From positions 496,001-560,000 of the forward strand of contig LSRY02000021.1 in the NCBI GenBank assembly GCA_001643675.2: a DNA stretch of 64,000 nucleotides. The letters are read 5' to 3'. Positions 37,373 to 48,400 of the stretch are shown one piece after another (the stretch's first letter is position 1; the number at the start of each line of letters is the position of its first letter). This DNA is from Monocercomonoides exilis PA203 (lineage: Eukaryota > Protista > Preaxostyla). The notes beneath the pieces are model-generated. The model worked only from the letters and a program-made list of their open reading frames with translations, was not told the origin of the DNA and made no database searches. The position numbers and the translations under genes were made by a program.

Positions 37373-37982
37373 TTCTCTCGATAATATTTGTACTCAGACA
37401 CTTTTTTCATTTAGCTGGCAACAGCTTAATTCAATCTTGTTTCAAACAGAAAATAGCAAAAAATGTTTGCATTTTTTGTTTGTGTTAATAATGGTGGACA
37501 CTTTCAATAACTGTGGACAGTGGAATCATCTTAACAACCGTTGATAGTTGCTTTTTTACAATTTACATAATTATTCACTCAATGCTTATGAACTTATAAG
37601 ACATACAGAAATGAAACAACTTGCTCTGAAGAATTTTGAAAAAAACATTTTCAATTTTCGGAGAAACTCGGAGAAATTAGATTCTCCGAGTTTCAACAAA
37701 AATAAAAAATAATTGAAAAATTTCATTGTGTTGGATGAGTGATTTTAACAATTCATATCGGTTCATATTCAATGAAGGAATAATTGTGTTTATTGTCAAA
37801 AAGCAACTATCAACGGTTGTTGAGATTTCTCTTCTGTCCACAGTTATTGAAAGTGTCCACCATTATTAACACAAACGATAAAGGCAGACATTTTTAGCGA
37901 TTATCTGTTTGAAACAAGATTGAATTAAGCTGAACCCAGCTTAATTTAAAAAAGTGTCTGAGAAAAAATATTATCGAAAGAA
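37373..37982. repeat. Degenerate ~610-bp fold-back palindrome (arms ~190 bp) with a concentric central hairpin
   Basis: 37373-37562 is the reverse complement of 37792-37982 with clustered mismatches (e.g. tttgtgttaataatggtggacactttcaataactgtggacag vs ctgtccacagttattgaaagtgtccaccattattaacacaaa). A central perfect 13-bp stem, gaaactcggagaa (37663-37675) / ttctccgagtttc (37682-37694), has the same symmetry axis. Confidence 0.92.
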
Positions 37983-37989
37983 TAAATAA

Positions 37990-38916
37990 TGTTTGAAATT
38001 TATTGTGACCCAAAAAATAAATCAGGAACAAAAATTACTGGCTCTCCAGAGCACTTTCAGAAAAAATAATAAACAGGGAATCTTCAAAATACTTTATTTT
38101 CTATTCCTGAAAATGTATTTTTTTTTTTTTTCCTTTTCAGTTTTTGTGTAAAGATTTGGTATTTTTTGTTTTATTTTCCAAAGTCAAAGGCTTGCTCATT
38201 TTTCTACGAGCTTTTTCTTTTAAGTGTTCCGAGTGTTATTATTGTTATTAAACTTCACTTTTTTTTTTTTTTTTTTGTTTTTTCCATCTCATGATTTTTT
38301 GATAATTTGAAGAATTCATGTGTTCAAATGGCTGAATTTCATTTTTGAAAACTTCCATTTATTATATTTTCAAATAAAATAAAAATTTCATATTTTCATC
38401 GTTTTTCTGTTCCCACAAAAAACGTTTCTTTTCCCAAAATAATAACATTGCATAGGCTTTGTTTCCATTTTTGAGAAGTTTTTATGTGTGAACAGAAAAA
38501 CGATGAAAATATGAAATTTTTATTTTATTTGAAAATATAATAAATGGAAGTTTTCAAAAATGAAATTCAGCCATTTGAACACATGAATTCTTCAAATTAT
38601 CAAAAAATCATGAGATGGAAAAAACAAAAAAAAAAAAAAAAAAAAAAGTGAAGTTTAATAACAATAATAACACTCGGAACACTTAAAAGAAAAAGCTCGT
38701 AGAAAAATGAGCAAGCCTTTGACTTTGGAAAATAAAACAAAAAATACCAAATCTTTACACAAAAACTGAAAAGGAAAAAAAAAAAAAATACATTTTCAGG
38801 AATAGAAAATAAAGTATTTTGAAGATTCCCTGTTTATTATTTTTTCTGAAAGTGCTCTGGAGAGCCAGTAATTTTTGTTCCTGATTTATTTTTTGGGTAA
38901 CAAAAAATTTCAAACA
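37990..38916. repeat. Near-perfect ~925-bp inverted repeat (arms ~425 bp, spacer 77 bp); foldback/MITE-like
   Basis: 37990-38412 is the reverse complement of 38490-38916. The differences I found are a T18 vs A22 homopolymer and two substitutions near the outer end. Confidence 0.97.
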
Positions 38917-39405
38917 AAATTTTTTTTAATGAACATATTTGTTTGTTTGTTTTATTTTTTGTATTTGTGAAAAGCTGTATGTTAGCTAATTAACACAAAA
39001 AAATTCAAGAACTTTTTAAGAGGAATGGTTTTTACTTGCTGTTTTTCTTTTTTTATTTCTTTGAAAAATGTCAATTTCCATTAATATTTAAGCCAAGATA
39101 TTTCTTGCCATTCATGACAAATGGAGTCAAAAAAATTTCTTTTCGTTTTTGCCCTTGTTAATAGGTTTCAAAATTGATTGCAACTAGCCAAGTGATATCA
39201 TAATAAAGGTTATAATGGTTAGAAATCGCTTCATTTAATGTTTTCCAGATTGTCAAATGATTATTTTGAGCAAAACATAAAGCTCCCACATACACTTGAT
39301 GATGAAGATTTATTATCAGAGTTTGTTAAGTGTAGCATTATTTATAAGTTTCTTTCTTTCTTTTTTTCAAAAAATGTGCAATTTTCATTTTTTTGATGAA
39401 ACGAA

Positions 39406-42400
39406 ATGCACACATGTATCCTTATTTATTATTCATGGAATAAATATTCTGTTGGAACTTATATTAGTTCATTTTCCTCAAATTCCAAGGACTTGAAAGA
39501 AAAAGTTGCAAAATTAACTGAAGAGAAGCAAAAACAAAACGAGGATAAAAAATTACGCCTTATTGAAAATTTCGCAACTCAAGATTCAGGGCTTTTACGC
39601 ATAGGAGTTGAAACTGATCCTGAGCTTTCCAAACTTGAGAGAAGAAAAGCAATGAATAAAGTTGGAGGAATTCTGAAAGATAATGAAAAAGAAAGAATAA
39701 TCATAACTCAAAAACATCCACCTTCATTAGAGAAAAAAGACTGCACACAAATTAGAAATAAACAGAATCAGCACGAAACATGGCGTCAAAGCAGTATAAT
39801 TCCAAAATTAGAGAATTACCAAAGAGATCAACAACTTGATTTTCGCCGAGCCGAACAAGAAAAGTATGCTGCAGAGCTTGCAGATCAGATTAAAGTTAAG
39901 AAGCAAATTAAAACAATGGATGAAAATATTTCATATTTGAAAGCTAATTATGCAAAAACTGAAGATATGAAGAAAGAATCAGACAAAAATGTCAGTCTTC
40001 AAGGAATTTCCATACAACCTCGAAGCAAGCTTCTTGCATCGGATGCTGAAGAAGAAGACAAGGCAATGAATGACTATTTCCAAGGAAAAAAATTCAACGT
40101 TTGTGATTCAGATGAATTTGATAACAAGGAAGATTTATGGGAAGATGAATATACTCGTTATTTGGAAGCAAGAGAAAGAAAGAGCAGGAGAAATTATTCG
40201 CCAATTGATGACAATTCAGTTTATAATAAACAAAAGAATGATTGGTTTGAACGAAAGAAAGAATTTGAACATCTTCAATTGAATAGAGAGAACGAAATCG
40301 ATCAAAATTTTCTGAACCGAGAAAGCAAAAAAGAAAATTACCCAGACGAAGAATTTTACATGTGCGCAAGAGATTATACAAAATCGCCATCGGAACGTAA
40401 GCCATGGAATGATGGACATTCTTCAACAGATCTCAATCAAAGAAAGTTAAAACTTCAAAAAGAATATTGCCGTGACTCTGACTCAAGGGATTTCCATTTA
40501 GCAGGAGAAGACAAAAGAGCGAGGCACATGCCTTTTTCGCCAGCAAGTTCATCATTTTCATATGCTTCTCATTATTCCCCATCTCAAGTGGAGAACACAT
40601 TCCAGCAGAGGCAGTGTGCTAAAGAGCTGAGCGAGCAGGCGGTCATCCAGAAGAGAGTGGAGCAGGAAAAAGAGCGGAACGAGAAGAGAGAAGCGCTTCT
40701 GCGAGAGAGAATGAAGAAGAAAGTCGAAGCCGAGGAGAAAAGCGGGTCTATCAGCGACGAGTGGTTCCAGGGCTTCGGGAAAGAAGGCGGGGGCGCTCCG
40801 TTCCGAGACGAAGAAGGGAACATCATTGCAGTGCGGGGCAGGCGATTCAATTCTCCTCAAGTCAAACAGCAAATTCAGCAGCTGTCAAGCAAAATGCCTT
40901 TGAGCGGGAATTCATTTTACAGTTTGGATGCACGTTCACCATTATCTGCTGCCTCCGTCGTCGCATCCCCTCCTGCCCAATCCACTTTCTCTTCTTATTT
41001 TTCGACTCCTGCTTCTCCTGCTTCTCCTGCTTCTCCTTCTTCGCTCCTTTCAACGCCCCCATTTTCGCTCCTTCCACCGCTTTCTGAATACGAACGGAAG
41101 CAGAAAGCGATCAACCAGTACAAAGCTGATCTTGCACTGCAAATAGCGGAAAAGAAGAAGAGAGAGGCCGAAGAGAAGAGGAAGGAGAAGCTGCAGGAGG
41201 AGGAAGACGACAGAAGGCTGGCAAGAGAACAGGAAAAGGAAGACAGAGAAAGAGAAGAGCAGGAAAGAAGACAGAAGAATAAAACTAATGAAAGTTCAGT
41301 CATTGGTACCCCCATCGCACACAAGGAAGAGATTGAGGCACAAGATGACACAGACGTGCAAGAAGTGCCAGACATTATGAACAGAACGATGCGACTTAAT
41401 CAAAGAGAGATTGAAGAAGAAGAGAAAAGCAGAGTGAAAAATGATGAATATGTTGCTGATGATGAAGAAGAAGCAGACAGAACAAATGATTTCGAAAAAG
41501 ATGCAATGAAAGAATTAGAGAGAGATGCCTCAGCAGCATCACTGATGATACATGACACGAATTCCGCTTCTTTGCATTCAAATTCTTTTCACTATCAGAA
41601 ACATCACACACATCAAAGAGAATATAACCACAGCGGTAGACACAAGAACGAGAAAGGCAAAGACACTCATCATCGGCATCAGCGTTATTCGTCGGATGAA
41701 TCTGATGTTTCTTCACAATCACTATCATCATCGACTCTTTCACCTTCTTCTTCTTCTTCTTTAAGCGTTCGCAATACAAGCTCTTCAACATCTCGCTCTT
41801 CTCATCATCATCATCATCATCATCGGCATCGGGATCATCATAATAACCACAAACATCATAATTCTCACAATCATCAGCACAAACACGCAAACACATCACT
41901 CTCACCGCTCAATCAAGATCTTCTCCTCAGAGCCTTGTTGGGTGCTCCGCTTGCATTAGACATTGGGAAAGGGCAGCTTCATGGAACACTCCCTGAAAGA
42001 CTTCCATCTATCAAAAGTGATAGATCAGATGAAACAGATAGGCAAGCTGCAAAAAATGAGGAAATAGGCAGAAGTCATAAATCAGATAGAGCGCCTGGTG
42101 ATGGATTGCTGTCTCGTACGTATCCTAATGCATTGTCTACACTTTCTTCCAATCGTTATTCAACTCCGCAAACACACTCTTTTTATTCTGTGATGCCTTC
42201 ATTCAGCCCAATTTCACTGTCTCCAATGAACACTTCATCAGCATCGCCGTTTCATTTCAACTCTCCTTCTTTTATTTCAATGCAGCAGCCACATCATCCC
42301 AGCACTCTTCCTCAGTTTCTTCCTCCTCTCCTTCCTGCTTCATCGAAGAACATGCCATTTATGTCTGCCAATATGCCTGTTGATTCAAGCAGCTCGCAAA

Positions 42401-44196
42401 GTCTTCATTGCGTCACCCGCTTCACACTGGCCACTGACCATCCACAAACACCACTGCCGAATTTGAGAGGCATCTTTGATGAGAAGGCGGCAGGAGGAAA
42501 TGAAATAGAAGGAGAGAACCAAAGTGGGAAAGAAACAATGAGAGATCAAGATGACTGCACAACAAGAAGAACGGAGAAAGAACGAGAGAAAGAAAAGGAG
42601 GAAAAGGAAAAAGAGGAAGAAGAACAAAACAGATTGGAAGAGCTATTTCTGATGTCTCGCTGCGAAGATGAGCAAAAAAGGCGGATTTTGATGGGGATTT
42701 TGGAAGAAGAAGAACAAAGATTGCAGAAGGAGAAGGAAATGCTTGAAGAAAAGAAGAAAAAAGAGGAAGAAGATGAGGCAGAACGAGTTAGGATTGAAGA
42801 AGAGAGGGCACTGCTGGCAGAAGAATCGCAGCAAATTGAAGAGCAGAGAGAAACTGTTGCGATGATGATGGAAGAGCTGCTGCAGAAAGATCAGGCAGCA
42901 ATCAACCGCCGCAAAAAGCTGAAGGAAAAAGAGAGGCAGAATTCGAAAGAGGCGAAAGAGCTGATGGAAGCTATAAATTTGGAGCAGCAGCGTCTGGATG
43001 AAGCGAGGGAGAGGACGCAGATGGGGATGGAGGAGATGTTTATGGAGCGCAGGAAGATCGAAGAGAAAGAGAAAAAGCTGAGAGAAGAGAAAGATGCAGT
43101 GCAGGAGAAGCTGTTGGAGGTGGAGATGAAGGAAGAAGAAAGGAAGGAGGAGATTAAAAGAAAAGAAGAATTAGAAATGAAAGCGAGACAAGAGATTGAA
43201 GAGGCGAAAGAGCAAGCGTTGATGGAATGCGAAGAGATGCTGCAGAAGGAAAGAGAAAACAACGCGCTGACACAACAGCAATTGAATGAGCAGCTTTTGG
43301 AGAGGATGAAGAAAGAAGAAGAAGAGAGAGAAACAGAGATAAACAGAAAGAAGGAAGAAGAGAAGGAGAATGAAGAGAAGAAGAGGAAAGAGGAAGAGAG
43401 AAGAATGTATGTTGAAGACATGTTAGGACAGATTGAAGTGGAAAGGAGAAGAATAGAAAAAGGAAAAGGAATTGAAGTAGTGGAAACAAAGGAACAGGAG
43501 AATAGAAAAGAAGATAAAGATGAAGATGAAGAAAAAGAAAAAGAAAAAGAAAAAGAAGAAAAGACGGAAGAGAAGCAAGAAGGAAAAGAAGAAACAAAAG
43601 AAGAAGGAAACGAAAAGATTGATGAAAAACCCGGAACCGAAAAAGAAAGTACCGAAGCAGGAGATCCAACGATTGAAAAAGAAAAAGAAGAGCCGATTGA
43701 CAAGAAGGATGAAGCAGATAATGAAAAAGAGAGGGAAAAAAGGATCGAAGAAGAAAATATCGAACGTCAACAAGAAACGAATGTACAATTGGAAAATGAG
43801 GAAGGAGCAGAAAGGAACGGCGAAAAGGAAGAAAAAGAAAAAGAAAAAGAAGAAAACGAGAAAAAAGATGAAAAAGAAGAAGATTTAAAAGGAAAGGAAA
43901 AAGAAAAAGAAAAAGAAGTGAAAGAAGAAAGCGAAGAAGGCAAAGGAGTAAATGATGGAAAAGAAAGGAAAGAAGAAAAAGAAGAAAAAGAAGAAAATGA
44001 AAACAAAGAAATCGAAAAAGAAAAAGAGACAAACAATGTAATGAAAGGAGATGAAAATGAAGATAAAGAAAATGTCAGAGAAAGTGAAGATAAAGAAAGA
44101 AAAGGAAATCAGACCCAATTAGAAGAAAAGGAAAAACAAAAAGAAACCAAAATGGATCAAGAGAATGAAGATGCAACCAAACCAAGCATTTCATAA
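39406..44196 (+). CDS. CSPP1/CCDC66-like centrosomal/ciliary coiled-coil protein with a His-rich segment and a long E/K-rich tail
   Basis: 1596-aa ORF containing GFGKEGGGAPFRDEEGNII (~40770), which resembles the WG.GGGGAP.RD..GN motif of CSPP1/CCDC66. Repeated Y..EL..QI.EK coiled-coil motifs (KYAAELADQIKVKK, QYKADLALQIAEKKKRE). The true 5' exon(s) probably lie around 39250-39320; the ORF-track start looks intronic. Confidence 0.7.
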   Translation: MHTCILIYYSWNKYSVGTYISSFSSNSKDLKEKVAKLTEEKQKQNEDKKLRLIENFATQDSGLLRIGVETDPELSKLERRKAMNKVGGILKDNEKERIIITQKHPPSLEKKDCTQIRNKQNQHETWRQSSIIPKLENYQRDQQLDFRRAEQEKYAAELADQIKVKKQIKTMDENISYLKANYAKTEDMKKESDKNVSLQGISIQPRSKLLASDAEEEDKAMNDYFQGKKFNVCDSDEFDNKEDLWEDEYTRYLEARERKSRRNYSPIDDNSVYNKQKNDWFERKKEFEHLQLNRENEIDQNFLNRESKKENYPDEEFYMCARDYTKSPSERKPWNDGHSSTDLNQRKLKLQKEYCRDSDSRDFHLAGEDKRARHMPFSPASSSFSYASHYSPSQVENTFQQRQCAKELSEQAVIQKRVEQEKERNEKREALLRERMKKKVEAEEKSGSISDEWFQGFGKEGGGAPFRDEEGNIIAVRGRRFNSPQVKQQIQQLSSKMPLSGNSFYSLDARSPLSAASVVASPPAQSTFSSYFSTPASPASPASPSSLLSTPPFSLLPPLSEYERKQKAINQYKADLALQIAEKKKREAEEKRKEKLQEEEDDRRLAREQEKEDREREEQERRQKNKTNESSVIGTPIAHKEEIEAQDDTDVQEVPDIMNRTMRLNQREIEEEEKSRVKNDEYVADDEEEADRTNDFEKDAMKELERDASAASLMIHDTNSASLHSNSFHYQKHHTHQREYNHSGRHKNEKGKDTHHRHQRYSSDESDVSSQSLSSSTLSPSSSSSLSVRNTSSSTSRSSHHHHHHHRHRDHHNNHKHHNSHNHQHKHANTSLSPLNQDLLLRALLGAPLALDIGKGQLHGTLPERLPSIKSDRSDETDRQAAKNEEIGRSHKSDRAPGDGLLSRTYPNALSTLSSNRYSTPQTHSFYSVMPSFSPISLSPMNTSSASPFHFNSPSFISMQQPHHPSTLPQFLPPLLPASSKNMPFMSANMPVDSSSSQSLHCVTRFTLATDHPQTPLPNLRGIFDEKAAGGNEIEGENQSGKETMRDQDDCTTRRTEKEREKEKEEKEKEEEEQNRLEELFLMSRCEDEQKRRILMGILEEEEQRLQKEKEMLEEKKKKEEEDEAERVRIEEERALLAEESQQIEEQRETVAMMMEELLQKDQAAINRRKKLKEKERQNSKEAKELMEAINLEQQRLDEARERTQMGMEEMFMERRKIEEKEKKLREEKDAVQEKLLEVEMKEEERKEEIKRKEELEMKARQEIEEAKEQALMECEEMLQKERENNALTQQQLNEQLLERMKKEEEERETEINRKKEEEKENEEKKRKEEERRMYVEDMLGQIEVERRRIEKGKGIEVVETKEQENRKEDKDEDEEKEKEKEKEEKTEEKQEGKEETKEEGNEKIDEKPGTEKESTEAGDPTIEKEKEEPIDKKDEADNEKEREKRIEEENIERQQETNVQLENEEGAERNGEKEEKEKEKEENEKKDEKEEDLKGKEKEKEKEVKEESEEGKGVNDGKERKEEKEEKEENENKEIEKEKETNNVMKGDENEDKENVRESEDKERKGNQTQLEEKEKQKETKMDQENEDATKPSIS

Positions 44197-44734
44197 TTTG
44201 GAGGTTAATTATATGCTTTTCCTTTATATTTCCTTTCCAAAAGCGATAAAAGCAACAATCTATTCGTCTTAACGAACGAATTGCTTGAGATAGTTAGAAA
44301 GCAATTTCAATCAATATTTCTTAGAATTTTCGTTTTTTTATAATCTCATCTTGCCAAAGCCTCCAACTGTTATATCAAATCTTTCGATTTTCTTGATTAA
44401 ATAATTAAGAAAGAATAAGGACAGTGTTCTCTTCTTTTTGACTTCATCCAATAACTTCGATTTTTGTTTTAGCATTGAGAAATTTTAAGTTTATTAGGTG
44501 TTTCACAATTAAAGAGTAATTTATCTTATACATTATTTCTTTGTTTTAATTTCAATTTAACTTAAAAAGAAGCATCCTTTTAGCAATTTATTAATTAAAT
44601 ATTTGTTTTAACTTATTTCAAGGAACGAAACAAGCAAACTTGTTTTTTTAAAAATGTTAAAGATGAAAACCAATGAAAGAAATTTGACAATCACATTTGA
44701 ATTAACATAAAATGAAAACGTAAAAAATAGAATA

Positions 44735-45242
44735 TTATGTGTAATACAATTCTAATCCCATTCCATCCTTAATTTCATCTAAAATTCAATGAAAATTTAT
44801 AACTGCAAGAAAATGTTTGTAAAAAAAAGAAAGCATACAATCATCCAACGTTAAATGGTCCTTAAAAATAGTGTACCATTTTTGCAAACGAATTTTTTCT
44901 GGTCTAGTACCGCATTGAGCTGCAATTAGTTTTTTAAAATCACCAATTGTATCATCTGAATTGCATTTGACTCTTATTTTCCTTCCAAGTCGATCTGTGC
45001 AATTAAAATCATGAAAAATAATTTTTTAATAAAAAGTTATCATCAAAACCATTGCAAATAACTTCAATCATTTCCCCATCTGAAAGTCCTGGCTTTGCAA
45101 CAGGTTTAACTTCCTCAAGCTTTTTGCTTTCTTTAGAATGCCTTTCTTCTTCTTTTAATTTATGCTCTTTTTGCCTACGAATATCGTCCACTTTTTTATC
45201 TTTACGTTTATCCTCTAAAGCATGATGAGATGGCTTTGGCAT
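44735..45242 (-). CDS. UBL5: Ubiquitin-like protein 5 / Hub1 with an in-frame 57-aa charged N-terminal extension (3 exons)
   Basis: Exons 45242-45050, 44994-44839 and 44778-44735 give ...[73 protein letters not shown]. This is the Hub1/UBL5 consensus, including the C-terminal YY-X. Confidence 0.95.
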
Positions 45243-45480
45243 AAAAAAGAGGAAAAATAATATTTATGGATCATTACAATTAAACTTTTTTCTTCTTTGT
45301 AAAAAAGACTAATACCCCAAAAAAGATTTACTCTAAACGAAAAATTAAAAAAATCACAAAAAAACCATAAAGACCAAAGTATCACCGAAATTATTTCTAA
45401 TATCAAAAAGATCAATTTGTTTCATTTCTAGCCTAAATGATAAAAAATGAAATAAATAAATTATCAAAGAAATAATACTT

Positions 45481-48400
45481 TCAGTGAGAGTCAAAACAAC
45501 AAACCGAGCAAATTTCGCATTCTTGTGTTGAAGATTTTACACTGAGTGACTGATGATTTCTAAACAGCTTTGTTATTTCTTTCCACACAAAAGGCGAAAC
45601 TGAAATTGTCGGAAAGCAAAAGTGAAGCTAAAGAAAGAAAGAGAATAACAAAATATGATTCATAGAATTAATCAAGTAGTTGAAAATGAATGGAAATTAT
45701 GCAAAGTTATTTCGAAAATATAATGAAAAGTGAAAATTGATAAAAAGAAAAAAATGTAATTTCTATAAAGACAAACTTTGTTGTGAGAGCACAGAAGAAT
45801 TGAGGTGAGTGTATCATCCAATGGGTTTGAAAGTGTTGTAAATGAAATCAATCGCTCCAAGGGAAGCAAGAATTCTCGTGGACGATTCAAGTCAATTCCT
45901 GCAAGTCGATCAATGTCCAGTTCGGGTGAAACTTAATACAAGAATTGCAAAATTATGAAATAGAAAATATTTTATAAATAGATGAACAATAAAAAGCCAT
46001 AAATCAATATCAATAAAGCAGTTTCCAAAAATAAATGAATTACATAAAAGCTTGTCGAACAAAAGAAAAAGCAAACGAGGGTCAAGTGTGTCAAGGAATG
46101 GCTTTATGCCAATTTTTCTCGATTGACGTGGTTGTATTGCTGTTGATTGAGGTAATGAAGAAGAAGAAAACTCCGATGAAAAAGAGAAAGAATCATCATT
46201 TTGACCTGGAAATGCAGAATAATCTGCATTGTCCATTTTCCTTCTGATAGTCTCCACTATCAGCTTCTCTTTCATCCTCTGTCGTTTGCTCTGAATGTGC
46301 AGCCATTCTGAGTCATTTCTGTCTCTCACCCTGTCTTTCTTGTCTCCTCTGCCCATTTCTTTGCCCATCTCATGGATTTCATTCTCTGCAATACAAGCTT
46401 TCCCCAGCTCTTCCTTCGGTGTTAGCAGCTGAGCAGCAAAGGAGTTGCTTTTCATTTCGCATCTTTTGTAGAACAAGATGTATGCCTGCTGGCTGAGCAC
46501 TACTTTCTCGTCGACTTTTGTCAATTCGCTGTCGTTGCATTCAAACCACACATTCAGCATCGGATGGAACATGTAGCACAGATAATGCCCGCGGCTGGCC
46601 ATTCCCTTGTGGACGATGACTGACGAGAGAGAGTACATGTAGGGCAGCGCTTGCTCCTGGTGCGATGGCTGGTAGCTCTTGAGGAAGGGAGAAAGATCTG
46701 GTTGGTAGTGGAATGGGAAAGATAAAATTTCAAAAATAAAAATGTGATAAATAAGCGTAAAAGAAAACATAATGATAAAGAAATTTAATTTTCAAATTGA
46801 AAATTTTTTGTTTCATTAAAACTCTTTTTGATAAAGGAAAAAATCTTTCAGTAATTTCTTATCCAGTTAAATATCCTCTCCTCATCACCAAACAATGTAC
46901 CTAAATACTTATCAAACAGCACGTTATCCTCTATTTTATACGGCGCCTGCCCTACAAACTTGAACCTCTTCACCTGGATCACAAGATACTCTGGGCACTG
47001 GCTGACCAGCGTTATCTTCTCCACATCGCTCAGCTGCTTGCAATTGTCGCATTTGTACTTGTTTGTCTCGCCGATGATTTCAGGCAGACAGAAAGTGGAT
47101 AGGCACTCGGTGAGCGTGACGGTGTGGCTGAGGGAGGAGAAGAAAGAGGAGAAACGCTCCATCAGACTGCGAGACGACGTGGAGGGGGAATAAGATGTGG
47201 AGATGGCTAAAGAGGTATGGGATAAAGTAATTTTGTGGATGGAGAATGAAAAAATGAATAATTAGTATTAATATCGCATAATGAATGCGTAAAAAAAGAA
47301 ATAGAAAAAGAACATTCTTTTTAATAAACAGGATTAATAAAGCTCTCTTTCTCAAGATAATCTTATTCCCATCTCTTTCTTTCTTTCTTTCTTTCTCTTC
47401 CTCATTTTCTCAACTTTCCCCATCGCCACGCACATCTTTCATTCAGCCTCTTCACATCCTCTCTTGTTGGTATCGGGACGCTGAGGCATATGAATTGCTG
47501 GGTGGTTGCTGACACGTGCTGGCAGTTGAAGCAGCGTATGGTGCAGTGGAGAGTCCCCATAAACACACGGGTGATGATGTTTGTGGGAGAAGAAGACAGA
47601 TGCTGCAGAACTGAAGAAGAAAGGCGAACAAGCTGGGAAGATGATGCTTCGAGTGGTTTGGGCTGGTGAAGAGGTGAGTTTGTGAGGTTTGTTTCGAATT
47701 GCACTTTCTCGTTGACTTTGCTTGAATCACAAGACTGCTTCCTATCCATCTCATCTCTGTTTATTCCACTTGATTCCTCGTTTTGATCCCACATCTCATT
47801 CATCTTCTCTGCCATTTCTCTCATTTCCTCTCTCTCTTCGCTCTCTCTTGCAAGCGCTGCAGTGACCACTCCTTCCCACACCTCGTCGTATTCATCACCG
47901 ATCTCTTCATTGATTGCATTCAACAAGAACACCAATGCCTCGTGTGCATCGCATTGGATGCCGCCACGGAACATCTCGTTTCTCTGGGACATCACTGCCA
48001 GCAGGCGGCGGGGCGTGACGTAGGAAGGGATGGTTACTGGAGGAGGGGGAGGAGGAAGAAGAGGAGAGGAAGAAGAAGACGATGATGAAATTCGTTTTAT
48101 TCCAGATTCGTTGAAAAGAGAAGTGTTATTTAAAGAAGAAGAAGAAGAAGAAGCCATTTTGCTATTCAAATCTCTTTGGGGACTGTTTCCCCACATGACT
48201 TGAAGCAAAGATGCCAACGCAGTTGTCACCAGCGGATCTTCTTCTCTGACCAGCTGAGGGAAAAGAACATATGGATTGTCCAGGAGAGGAAGGATGGAAG
48301 AGAATGAAGCAGCAGAATAAGAAGAAATAGAAGAAGAAGAAGAAAAAGTTTTGATTTCCTTTGAGACAGAACGAAGAGAAGCAGAAGAAGATACTGTGTG

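Noticed and set aside
42891-44118. Long antisense Phe/Leu/Ser-rich ORFs that look like membrane proteins (also 33853-34459 and 16031-16903)
   Set aside because: They are mirror translations of E/K-rich purine tracts in real genes.
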